In this document: positions 40,865 through 52,959 of the stretch, piece by piece
How the letters are laid out: each line of letters starts with the position of its first letter
How positions within the stretch are numbered: position 1 is the stretch's first letter
Assembly (NCBI RefSeq): GCF_009914755.1
Contig: NC_060934.1
DNA length: 64,000 nt
Reading direction: 5' to 3' (one strand)
DNA from: the human T2T-CHM13v2.0 reference genome, Homo sapiens
Notes under the pieces: generated by a model
The model's input: the letters and a program-made list of their open reading frames with translations, nothing else
Told to the model about the DNA's origin: nothing
The model's database searches: none
Made by a program: the position numbers and the translations under genes

Positions 40865-41549
40865 AGCCTGTGCATTTTTAATGCCACATTTCTGAAAAAG
40901 CTGTCCCCTCATTTGGCAATATATGTCCTCCTCTAATTTACTTGCCTCTTTACCGTAAATTAAATATATACTGTAGCTCTTCCTACTTTCCTCTTCCCCA
41001 GCACAGGGTTTTCTAAAGGGTATAACACAGGCATTGTTCTTCTGAAATGCTCTGAAACACTTTGCATGATCAAGTATGTTTCGAAAACATTCCACTTCTC
41101 TTGGTGAACTAGAAAGCTTGTTAGCATTTTAAAGGCTCTGAAAAGTCCTGCAGTCATCTGCTGAGCTTCATTCAACTCAGGGTTTTCCTAAAGCAATTAT
41201 CCACAAAATCTGCTTTTCCCTTCACCAAGCACTGAAGGATTTGGAATTTTCTGGGAGACATTGCCAGGGAACATTGCACCTGGCATGTTTTTCTGTGCTC
41301 ACTGGTTTTATGGGTATAGAAAGAGTATTTCCTCCTTCCAGACCAAAGTCTCCTCTGGGCATCCAGACCCTCACTGGGCCTTGGTGAACAAGGTTTTGCT
41401 TGAACAAATGATGGGCAAATGTGGGAGTTAATACTGTGCCCTTGGAAATGATGGGAGAGCTCTTGACTTGGCTCCCATTCTTTTCAGCCCCCAGCCTGGC
41501 TGCCACTCGTGCCTTGTCCTGGCTGGCCAGTGAGTACTTTTCTCATACC

Positions 41550-41800
41550 CCACCCATTTCACAGATGAGGAAAGTGAGGCCCCACAGACAGGTGCTAGAT
41601 GAGGAGACTCAGTGCCTCTCTTGCAGAATGTAGGGATTTTTGTAAAGCAGGGAGAGTATGGGTTTGCATTCCAGCAGGCCTGGCTTGGCATCCTGGTTTA
41701 TCCACTTACCAGCTGTGTAACTTAAGGCTGCTTACCTCTCCTCTCTGAACTTCATTTTTTCTCATGTTTACAACAGAGAGACTAATGATGGTTGAAGGAG
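41550..41800. mobile_element. Two MIR fragments in opposite orientation
   Basis: cccatttcacagatgaggaaagtgaggc (-) and ccacttaccagctgtgtaactt (+). Confidence 0.6.
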
Positions 41801-44589
41801 AGCCAGCGAGTAACACAGCTAATGGATGCCTGGCTGCACGCCAGGCTTGGATAGGTAGGGTGATTTGGATGGCATGCCCATGCACTGTTGTTTACCCCCT
41901 CAGCCTGTCAGCCTTGAGTAAGCTCAGCTCAGTGCACCACAGGAAGGCGTAATTGGCCATTGGTTCAATCCAGGTCAAGTCCTTTGATAGCACACTCCAA
42001 TACAAAGCCACCCATGGACAGAGAGCTGTCTGAGTGGGGCCACAGCTGACGAACTCTCAGCCACATCCTCTACAAAACCACCCAGCTGCAGCCAGAGAGA
42101 GGCACTCCCTTAGTCCCCTGCAGGTAGCAAAGGGATGAGTTTTATAAGACTACAGGAGGATGGGCAGGGAGTCGGGCCTGGCTCGGCCAGAACTAACTGC
42201 TTCTGTGGGCTTGGACATGGGTCTTGCCCTATCTGGGCCTCTGTTTCCTCTTCTGTTAACCTGGGGCACTGGACTTACATTCTGTTTCTTCCCCTTTCAG
42301 TCCTAGAATCTGATCTTGCTTCTGTGATTTCGAGAGGTCAGGAAGCGACAGTTTGATGGACATTCTGAAGGCCTTGGGTTCTCATCCCAGCTCTGTGACC
42401 TTGGGCATTTATGCATGAATTTACTGTCATGCCAGGTGCTGGAGATATTAAAAAGGACAAGACAGGATCATCACTGCAGCATCAGTGAGCCCACTGGGGG
42501 AGGAGATGTGCAAATGGCCACCCTGTGGGGTGGAGGGCGGCACTAGGCACCAGAGGAGTCATGTGGTGGGCCTGGAAGGCCGGGCCGGACTGGTCAGGGA
42601 AGGCTTTGCGGACACCTCGGGGAGCCGACACCTAGAGGAGGTGGTGGAGGTGTGGGGGCCAGAGGAAGTCGCTCCAGGCTGAAGGCACAGCTTGTGCAGA
42701 GGATGGTGGCATGGAAGGGCCCAGTGTGTGTCATTATCCCCTCTGCTCCTGGGACCCCAGGAGCTCCTTCCTGGGCTTATGTTCTGTGGCATGTGAATTG
42801 TGGGGGCTTGGATGTGGAATGAGGTGCTCCCCAGCCCTGAGCTGACAGGGAGTGTGGTGTGGTTGCGCAGATGGGGTTCTGGGACGAAAGTTCCTGAGCA
42901 CAAATCCCAGCCCTGTGAATTTCTAGCTGCCAGGCTCTGAGTGCACCACCTCCCAGGCGGTGCCCTCAATTTCTCCTCTGCCTGGTGGGGATGTCGGTGG
43001 TGTCTGGTTTATAGCATCGAGCAAGTTAAGCGTACAGAGCACTTAGAGCCATTTCTGGAAGGCAGTAAATGCTCAATAAACATTAACTGCCCCTCCCTAT
43101 TTTAAAAATGAAGAAAAATGAAGGTCTGAGGGAGTCAGCAAGCTGTCTAGAGAGACATAGCCCAGATGCTTGTAGGTCCAGCCTTGCCCTCCCTCCCCTC
43201 CCCTTCCCTCACTGTCTCTCACTTTTCCCTCCCTTCCTCTCTCCTTTCTTTCCTCCCTCCCTCTAACTCTTGCACTTCATCCCCTCAACTCCCCCAGCCA
43301 ACTTCTGAAAGGCCTCCAAATGCCTGGGACCTGCTGCAAAGCTCTTTGATCTGACCAGACCGCCGGCGCCTCTGGCTGCTTGGCACCCTGAGTGAACCCT
43401 CTGCCCCCCACTCTGGGGCCTGTGCTGAGGCCTGGGGCAGAGTCTGGGCCTGGTATCTATTCTACCACCCCTCCAACCACTCCCTGCCTGTCCTCTGCCC
43501 CCATGCTCCAGACCGCTTCCGGAGGGAAAGCAGCACCTGGGATCTGTCTTCAGAGACAAGCAGCTTCCAGGCCTCCCCACAGGGTAGACTGATGTTGGCT
43601 CCCTCCCACTGAAAATGAATGGCTGTCACACAGCCAGGTCACCCCAGAACCCCAGCGACTGTGGGCTTCCTGCCCACCCATGGGAGGCTCTTTGGGGCCA
43701 GTTTCTGAGCCTGGTAAACACAAGCCTCCTCTCCCTCCTCCACGGAGAGCTGAGAACAATTGCCCACTCTGAACCTGAAAGCCGGTGGAGGCCCGCTCTA
43801 ATGAGTGTGCAGCTTTCGCTGCCCTCAGAAATCAGGCGCTGGCTCTGGGCACTCGGCAACCAGATGATTGAAAGCCCAGTAGGGCTCCCAGCCCTCCCCC
43901 ACCCCCACTCTCTTTTTTGTGTGTTGTCTGCATCACTGCCCAGACCAATCTCTCTTCATGCTGAATTTTTTAAAGCCAAATTGGAAAAAAATTGGAAGTA
44001 GCCTGCATGCTATTCCCCCTGGGCTCCAAATGGGCTCTCCAGTTAGGGGAACAAAATACACCATTTTAATTTATAATAATAATTATTATTATTATCATTA
44101 TCCATAACAATAACAATACCAATAATCCCATGCATGGGTAGGCCAATGTACAGCGCATAAAGTGCTTTTCCAGCTGTGATTTCATTTGGGCCTCGCCCCC
44201 CTGTGAACCTGCTCCCGCCCCACCCCCCCACCCCCTTTGTCTGTAATCCGAGCAGGCCAATTGCCTGGTGACTCTCAGCTGGGGTGGGAAGGCCAGCCTC
44301 AGGCTCCCAGGCCCTGCTTTTCCCATGTCCTCTCGAAGGGATCACATTAGCAACACATTTTTTAGCAGACATGGCAGAGCACCTGCTCCGGGAAGGGGGC
44401 TGGACCTGTCAGGAGAAGACAGGACTTTGCAGTCACTGGCCTCCAGTGAGATGATAGAGAAAGGCCAGATAATCTCAACTCCACACTATAAGGGCTATGC
44501 ATGGCCTTTGGGAGACTCTGGGCTCAAAAGTTGAAGTCAGCTTGAGGAACGCCTCAAAAGCCATTTCATCAAATGTGGATCACATTACA

Positions 44590-45205
44590 GACATCACAGT
44601 TTCAACTTGTCATTGAATCGTAACATACGTACAGAAAAATACAAAAAGCATGAGGGTACAACTCAATTACTTTTCTCAAACAGAACACACTCATATAAGC
44701 AGCCCAAGACTAAGAAATGGAAGCCCCCCTTATTCTCCCTTCTAATCACTCCTCCCAACCAGGGTGACCACCATCCCAACATGAAACAACATAGATTAAT
44801 GCTGCTGCTTTTTGTATTTGTATGACTGGAATCATCCACACTATGCAATCTTTTGTGTCTGGTTTCTTTTGTTCGATGTTATGATGTGATATTCACTATC
44901 ATTGGATACTGTTGCAGATTTTTCATTTCACTGCTCTGTGATATTTCACTGTATGAAGATAGTGAAATTTAGGTATCCATTTATCATGGTGAACATTTGG
45001 ATGGTTTCAAGTTTTCAGTTATTATGAATAAAGCTGTTTATGAACATTCTTGTACATGCTGGTTTTTTTGTACTTGTGTACACATTTCTGATGAGCAAAA
45101 ACTGAGGTGTGGAAACATGGAATCATTGCATATGAGTAAGTACATGCAGCTTTAGGAGCTATTGACAAACAGTTTCCCAAAGTGGTTGCACCAGTTTATA
45201 TTACT
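44590..45205 (-). mobile_element. L1ME 3' fragment
   Basis: tcttttgtgtctggtttctttt...tatgaataaagctg..tgaacattcttgtaca...cccaaagtggttgcaccagtttata. Confidence 0.75.
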
Positions 45206-45468
45206 GGTTTTTAGGGTGTATGTGGCAGTACCTCCAATTCCATGAATCTATAGATCCTTGGATGATCTGATGGAAGCTGCAGAATTTCGCCCCAGAAATA
45301 CAATTCTGCATGTGATTTCTGTAAATTTATGAGCCCTGTGAACTCAACCAGGTCCAAGGATTCCTATGAGGTCTCTTTTTCTGATCTCCAAATTCTGAGG
45401 TATGTTGTCCACATTTTGATTCTGGGTTTTAAATTCTTTGACTGGATGGAAGACGTAGAACTTAACAG

Positions 45469-45767
<299 letters not shown>

Positions 45768-46379
45768 TTAACAGAGCACCAGCAAAGCAGGGGCACCAAA
45801 AACAAAACAATTTTAAAGAAAAATATTTTTGAAAGAATTTTATAATTTCACAGAAAGCATGGACATATTCGTCAAAGGAAAACTTATGATGTTGTTGGAT
45901 GTCCTTACACATACCTAACAGATTAGAGTTAATTCACTTTACGTTATATATGGGAGGCACATAATCTTTTCAAGGCAAAGTGCTTTTAAATGCCTTCACC
46001 TGGCCCTGGTGATCCCATCAGTGATGCATAAATTGCATCTGGTCAGTGATTACCCCATGCTGCACTGGGGCATCTGTGCAGTGAGGGGTCCCTGGCTGCT
46101 AAGGGCTCCCTGTCCCATTGGATCCTCACTACAACCCTGCCAGGTGGCTGGGCTGTGTGTCACCAAGCACATGGGCAACACAGCTTACTGTAAGGGAAAT
46201 GAGGGCCAAATGGGTCAGTCATCGAGAAGCCTCTGCAGGTGAGTGGTGGCTGTAGGAACTGGGCTTCTGGTTTAAGAACAGGGACGTGGAAGGTGTGGGA
46301 GTGGAAAGGTGCCTCCATCTTTCTGCAAAGCAGCACAGATGAAGAGGGAGCTCACTGAAGGATAGTGCTGGGATGGATG

Positions 46380-46570
46380 GTAGAAACTCTATGAAGATAG
46401 GTTTCTGTTTGATGTGAGAAAACATCCAAGTGTTCAACTGTGTAATGATGGAAGCCGAGTGTTTGAGGGGTAGTGAGATCCTTGTCCCTAGAAGCATGTA
46501 AGCTGATGCTGGATGGTCACTTGACGGGGACGTTGATGAACTAAACGATCTAGGTTTCCTTCAACCCTAA
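46380..46570 (+). mobile_element. L3/CR1 LINE 3' fragment
   Basis: ggtagtgagatccttgtccctagaagcatgtaagctga.gctggatggtcacttg...ttccttcaacccta. Confidence 0.6.
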
Positions 46571-48218
46571 GCTTGGCCATCCTCAGAATCTAGGTCTCCT
46601 GACCCTACCACATGCTCTTTCCTCCTCGCCGCTGACCTGATGGAGTGCAGTTTGCACAGTGCACTGGCCCAGCCTGGGCAGCAGGCAGGAGCCTGCATGA
46701 AATAACGTATGCTGCAGTCAGAGTGACAGAGTGTCTGTAGAAAGCATTCAAGATCTCCCAGGAGCTGTGACTCGTATGAGCAGGTCTCTGTGGATTCAGG
46801 CAAATATTTTCCATTTCATAAAATGTGGTACAATGTTACCTCTGTGTTCTTTGAAAAACTGGCATGGGGGAGGAAGTGTTAACTCAATGGCCTTGTTCCC
46901 TGAGCGCTGGTGGCCGCCTGCCTTGGCAGTTTCCTTGGGGCCTCCCACCCCACTGGGCCCCATCATGGGAGAGCTGGATGAGCCCACTGCTGCTGGTCCA
47001 TGGTCAGGGGTGGGTGCAGACGATCCCTGACCACCTGAAGGAGAAATAGAATGCAGAGCATGACTGGAACCCTAGGAAGGAAGAACTCTGTTCTGTTACC
47101 ATTTCTGCTATGGCCCCCTCAGCCATGCCCCTCCCTTCATCATCATTCCCTCTGCCCTCTGCCGGGACTAGTGCAGTAGTCTCTTCCCGGAGCTCACCTC
47201 CTCCAGTCTCTCCTTATTCTGAGCCAAGAATGCCACATGCTTGGCATGGGTAACATGATGCCCACTCCCTTGCCCCTACAGACTTTACCATCAGTCTCAG
47301 GACTCCTCGCAGAGAGCCTCTAATAAATGATTAATTCACCTGAGTGGGCAGTGACGGGGAAACTGATTTGCCAAATGTATCTCCTCCATGCTTTTGACAG
47401 AGCACCCTTTCAAAGAACAGAGCAGAGCTCAGATGACATCATTCCTCCCTGCCTCCCCGCCTCCTACTTCTCATCAGAAGCACGCACGAAAATAGCTTTC
47501 CATGTTTCTCATGGTGCTTCATAGCGAAGGCCAAACTCAACTGTGTGGCACTGGAAGCTTGTGTCAATTTGATCTGGTTGTGGAATCTTTTCTTCCACAC
47601 AGCTTGCGATGCTTGCTCAGTTTTCTTTTGGAAGATATGAAGAACGGTCACACTATCCCATCTGACCCCATCCAAATGCCCTGTGCTTCAAAGGCCAAAG
47701 ACATGCTGTGTTGTCCCATCTCTCAGTGATCGCCCAGGTTGTGCCCTGGCCTGGAGTGTCTGTCCCACATTCCCCAGCATACAGAGATGTCTGGGCTTAG
47801 GGGGATGCCCTTTTCAGCTTTCAGTGTTGTTTGCTGCATGGACCTTGCTGATCTTGAAATAGGCTCTGAGCCTCAGAGTTTTCCACAAATGTCCAGTTCC
47901 TGCCCCTGCCCCTGCCCCAGATCAAGGGTAATTGTGGAGGGCTCTGTGGTCCAGGAGCCCAAGAAGGCCCTTACAGCACAGCCTCTTCCTGCCAATCCAG
48001 CCTTGCTGCAAGGTCCAGATAAGCCCCTTATGTGGGAGCTTGAGCAGAGATCCCAGTTTGTGTTTAATAGAGCAGCTACAGTCAAGCTTGTGATCTGCAG
48101 GTGTTAGAACACTCATTGGAGTCTCACTAGCACAGTGGACGGCTCTCATTAGGGTGTCATTAGCTAGCTGCCTCATTTGCACGTTCAGATCAGGCTCAGG
48201 CTTCATGACAGCAAGGGC

Positions 48219-48226
48219 TATAAAAG
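48219..48226 (+). promoter_or_regulatory. Candidate TATA box (GGGCTATAAAAGG)
   Basis: Consensus TATAWAAG in unique sequence followed by locally raised CpG density; function untested. Confidence 0.25.
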
Positions 48227-49019
48227 GACCAGCAGGGCTGTGAAGACCGCTGCACATACTTTAGTCTTGAGGGGGGCCACACAGGGGTCGGTGATAAGGG
48301 CAGAATTAGAGCCCTACGATGATCACACAGCACACGCCAACACAGTCTCCCGGTTGCTCACTCCGGACACCCTGGGAGATCCCCGTGGTCTGCTTTCTCT
48401 TCTCCTTCATATCAAACCCAACCATCCTCTGTCAGTTCCTTTTCCCCAGTGCATCCGCGTTTGGTTTTCTTCCCTTCGTGCTGGTGTCACCGCATAGCCA
48501 GCTGGCGGCACAGATTCCCACTTGCCTCCATGGGCCTGGGTCTCCACTCCAGCAGGCTGTATGAGCTCTCAACGCATGGACTGGATTGTGTCATCCCCTG
48601 CTAAACTCTTCAATGACTTCCTGTTGAACTTGGAAGGATGTCCAGATTGCTTCCCATGGGGCTTGCATCCATGTTCTAGCGTGTCCCACCTCCACTGGCC
48701 CCCAACGCTCCAGCCACTCTGTTCTGGGACACTCAGCATGCCCCTACCTGGGCTCTGTGCTTGTTCTTCCCTCTGCCTGGGTCACACGCCTCCCAAATCT
48801 TGCGTGGATGTTTCCTTGTCATTCAAGATAAGGGCTGGTGGGTCTTGATGCCTGCTGTTTGCATGCATGCGTGTGCCCCTGTGTGCAAGCCTGTGGGATT
48901 GGGGTGGGCAAGAGAAGAGCAAGGAATGGTGGTGCTGGAGGAGAGAGCCCAGGCTGCGGATAAGAACACACAGCAAATACCTGGTGAAAAGGAAGCCATG
49001 CTGAAAGGCGGGCTGTGTG

Positions 49020-49240
49020 GTTGGATGGACTTGGCTTCCAGCCCTCATTTCAGCCCTAAATGGCTGTGGGACCTCAGCCAAATTACTTTCTCCTCCAAGC
49101 CTCAGTTTCTCCATCTGGAATAATGAGATCCTCATCACAGCTATTCTTCAGGGCCATTGTGAAGGCAGCAATAACTTAGATGAAGGATTGCAGGCAGTGC
49201 CTGGCATAGCATCAGGACTTAATAAATAGTAATGTTTTAA
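49020..49240 (+). mobile_element. MIR SINE
   Basis: gcctcagtttctccatctggaataatgagat...cagtgcctggcatag. Confidence 0.75.
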
Positions 49241-49829
49241 TTTTAAGTAGAAATCAATGTAACAGAGAGACATGAGCTGGGACACAGAAGACTAGCATTC
49301 GTGCTTCTGACTGCTGTGTGACCTTATGTAGCCAGCTGCCCCTCTCTGACTTCTGCCACCACCAACAGCCACAATTTGGAGGGAATGGGTATGTTTTCTC
49401 TCACCGAATCTTTCTGGAAAGTGGGGCCAGAACAGCTCTCAGTATCACAAGAGGACCACAGAAGATTCATACTAGGGTTCCAGACTTAGGCTGGGAGACT
49501 GGACAGCCTTTGTGGTGAAGACACACATGATAAGAAGTATTATTTGGGGGACATCGACTATGAATTGTGCATGGTGCCAGGAGTTTTATACAAGATATAA
49601 AATCCTTATGTCTGTCCTGCTAATTAGGTGTGCTCTTCCTTATTTTACCAATGAGCAAAATGCCAAGACTGGTGATTTGCCAAAAGCCATTAAGATAGCA
49701 ATTGGAAGCATTGCTAACCGACTTTAAGATTTAAAGTCTATTTTCTTTCCAGAAACCACAATATAGAAGTGTCCCCTAAAGCTTTCTTTTTTTTCTTTCA
49801 ATTCTTTTGGGAATATATGAAGCTTGCTT

Positions 49830-50030
49830 GCTGATATGGTAGCCCCTAGCCAGGTGTGGCTGGTCACATTATAGTAACTAAAATGAAATAAGAGAACAAA
49901 TTCAGTTCCTCTGTCTTACCAGCTGCATCTCAAGTGCTCAATAGCCACATGTAGCTAGTAGCTGCCATATTGGAAGGTGAGGATATGCAACAATTCCATC
50001 GTCACAGCAAGTCTTATTGGACAATGCTGC
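49830..50030. mobile_element. MER3 hAT-Charlie MITE
   Basis: atatggtagcccctagccaggtgtggct...caagtgctcaatagccacatgtagctagt...tattggacaatgctg. Confidence 0.85.
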
Positions 50031-50277
50031 CCCAAAGATAAGAGAGCAGCATGCTCTATCTATGAAAGGCCGGGACCTTGACTGGGGACTTTAATGAATG
50101 GCACAGGTGGTTGCACACCACTGGATGTAGATTATGGTGCTCAGGGGCAAGCAAAGCTCACCATGGGGCAGGGAGATGAGTTTGCCTTTAGAGGTGCAGG
50201 AATGACTCCTTTCCCAAGCTACCTACTGCTCTGGTCTTACGTGTTCTCTGGAGTTCTGGAGTAGCACTGTGTTAAAC

Positions 50278-50445
50278 TGCTTGCTTCTCGGAGCGTGGCT
50301 CACCAACAAATAATATCAACAAACCTGGAAGTTCATTGGAAATGCAGAATCTCAGATCCCACCCCAGATCTGCTGAATCACAGTCTGCATTTTGAAGAAA
50401 TTCCCCACGTGACTCGTGTGCCCATTGCGTTTGAGAAGCAGGGGG
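50278..50445. mobile_element. MER5A MITE
   Basis: gaaatgcagaatctcagatcccaccccagatctgctgaatcacagtctgcatttt...tttgagaagca. Confidence 0.8.
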
Positions 50446-50904
50446 CTACACCACACTCTACAATGTTTACTATGGCATTTAGTGTCAACTCTTCCAGGAG
50501 ATGTCTTCTAAGTTCTATGAAATCTGTGTATCTAGAACCATCCGGTCGGCCACAAGGCTCTGGTGGGGAAGCATTTTCTTTAGAGTGTAACACAGGTCAT
50601 TTTTTAATTTCTTTTAGATTGTACATATCTAAGATCAAAGCTAGAACCTTAGAGATAATCTAGCCCCAAATATTCATCTCAGAGATGGAGAAACAACCTC
50701 AAAGAAGAAAAGCAGCTTATCCAAGATCATACAGCAGTGCTGGAGCCTACACCACGTGACAAGGTACAGCGTTTCAGTGACACATCATACTGGACAAGAG
50801 AAAAGCACAGTGGTATAGTGGGAGGACCTGGAACTGATGTCCTTTAATGCCAAATGTGGGGAGCGTCTATTATTGTCCCAACCCTGTCCAAGGAAGTGCT
50901 ACTG

Positions 50905-51170
50905 GTCACCATGGTTGCCATTTACTGGGCACTCACTGTGTACCAGGCACTTTCCTGGGTGTTTGCGCTTGTTATTTCATTGCGTCCTCATGACAGTTCT
51001 CTGATGTAGGCATTGTTACTTTCTCCTCTTTAAAGATGAAGATGAGGAAACTGTGGTATAGCAAGGTTAAGGAGCTCACCCAACATCACACAGATAGCAG
51101 ACAGTGGAGCCAGAATTCAAACCCAGGACATCAGGCTCCAGAGCCCATGCTCCTCCCTCCCCTGTACACT
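50905..51170 (-). mobile_element. MIR SINE
   Basis: catttactgggcactcactgtgtaccaggcact...gatgaggaaactg...gaattcaaacccagg. Confidence 0.8.
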
Positions 51171-52019
51171 GTAGAGAATTCAGAGGTGAAGCAGTTCCCT
51201 GGACACCTGAGGCTGCACAAGGCAAGGGAAAGGCTACTGTGGACACTCAGTCATCTACCCCAGATGTTCTACTTGGAAGTAAAGACAGAATCCCCAAAAC
51301 GCTCATTTTAGAACACATGCTGTTAGGAAATAACATGTAGAATCATTGGCTTTAGAACTTGGATTTTAGAACGTGAGATAAATTGTGGTGAGATGAGAGG
51401 AACAGTTATCATCTTAACACCAGAGGCAAAAGTTTATCTTAGGGAGAGAACCATGTTTGTTTAAGAAAAAAGGTGGTAAATTGCTTGATTGAGGGAGGTA
51501 AAACCTTAAGAACATGAGTGGGAAAGAGAGGAAGACACAAAAATAAGCTAAACTAGTGCACGGGAAAAGGATGATCAGATATTTGAGTGTTGGGCAGAGA
51601 AGAGAGGAGAGAAGAAACAAAGGTGAGAGGAGGCAAAGCAATATATTTCCTGAAAAGATCAAGGCACTCTTTTAAAAGCAGTATCTAATATATGATTGCT
51701 TTATTTTTTATTTTTTGCATTAGTTTGATATCCTGACATCCTACACACTTTTTTCCTCTTAATTTCAGTCATGTCTGCTTTGTACCAAAGGGGGCTTGTG
51801 TGTGTGTGTGTGGGTGTGTATACACTCATACGTGCCCATGTGCATGTGCACACTGATGTGTATCAAGTATCAAGGGAGGGTGTTTAATTTCTCTCTAGGT
51901 GGGGCTGTGGCAATATCCATACCGAGTCTAATTAAAGGGAAGCAAAATCTTCCATGCGGATATGACTAACAAAAATGTCGGCCACCAGTGGTGAGCATTT
52001 GTTGTTTTTGCCTGCCCAT

Positions 52020-52710
52020 TCATTGATTAATTCTTCCAAGAAATATTTACTGAGCAACTATTATGTGGTAGGTAATAGATGAGGTCAGGGCAGGACAAAA
52101 GGTGGGGGGCAGGTGGTATAGGGCTTTGTGTAGTTTCACCAAGACTTGTTCCTGGGTGAATTGAAGAACTGCTGCTGCATTTTGAGCAGAGGAGGGAGCT
52201 GATTCTGTAGTTGTCAAGGATCTTCCTGAATCCTAGGATGATAATAGATTGTGAGGGAGGTGAGAGAGGTGGCAAACGGACCAATTAGGAGGCTACTGCT
52301 ATAGTCCTAGCAACCCTTGAAGCTGAGTTGGATGGGAGTAGCAGTAGAGACAGTGAGGATTTCTGTTACGAAATGTGAAGGAGGAAGTTGGCATAGAGGT
52401 CTGGAATTAAGGGAGAAAAGTTCAGATGGAAATATGAATTTGGGAATCATCAACCTATAGGTGGAATTTAAAGCCCTAAGATAAGGCCCTTTCTCAACCC
52501 CATCTCTGAGATTTTCAAGGTAATGAGAGTAGATTGAGAATAAAAGAGACTAAGGACAGAGCTCTGGAGGATTTCATTCAGCCTTTTGTTCACACCACTC
52601 AACTGAAACCACTTTGTTAAGGTCACCAATGATCTTGCTAAATCTAAAGGCCCTTTGTCAGTACTCATAGTATTTGGCCCACGTTTGAATAAAGTTTGTT
52701 TCGTATGCAA
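52020..52710. mobile_element. L2 LINE fragments (both orientations)
   Basis: aaatatttactgagcaacta; aggaggctactgctatagtcc; aaggtcaccaatgatct. Confidence 0.6.
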
Positions 52711-52959
52711 ACCAGAGAGTCATGATTAATACACCCTTCCTTCAGAATTCCTAGAGATATTAGGATAAATGCATGGGACCCTGTATGTGTGAAAAAATTT
52801 CTGTCAAATTTATTTGGATCTCAAAGGACAGCAGGCCACCTCATCTGATTTCAGGGACACAAACAAATCATATAACTTAACATATACAATGGGGGAGAAT
52901 TAGGCTATAACATTTTGAAGTCTTGAGCCTGGATGATGCAAAGGAATGCTTGAGATCAC

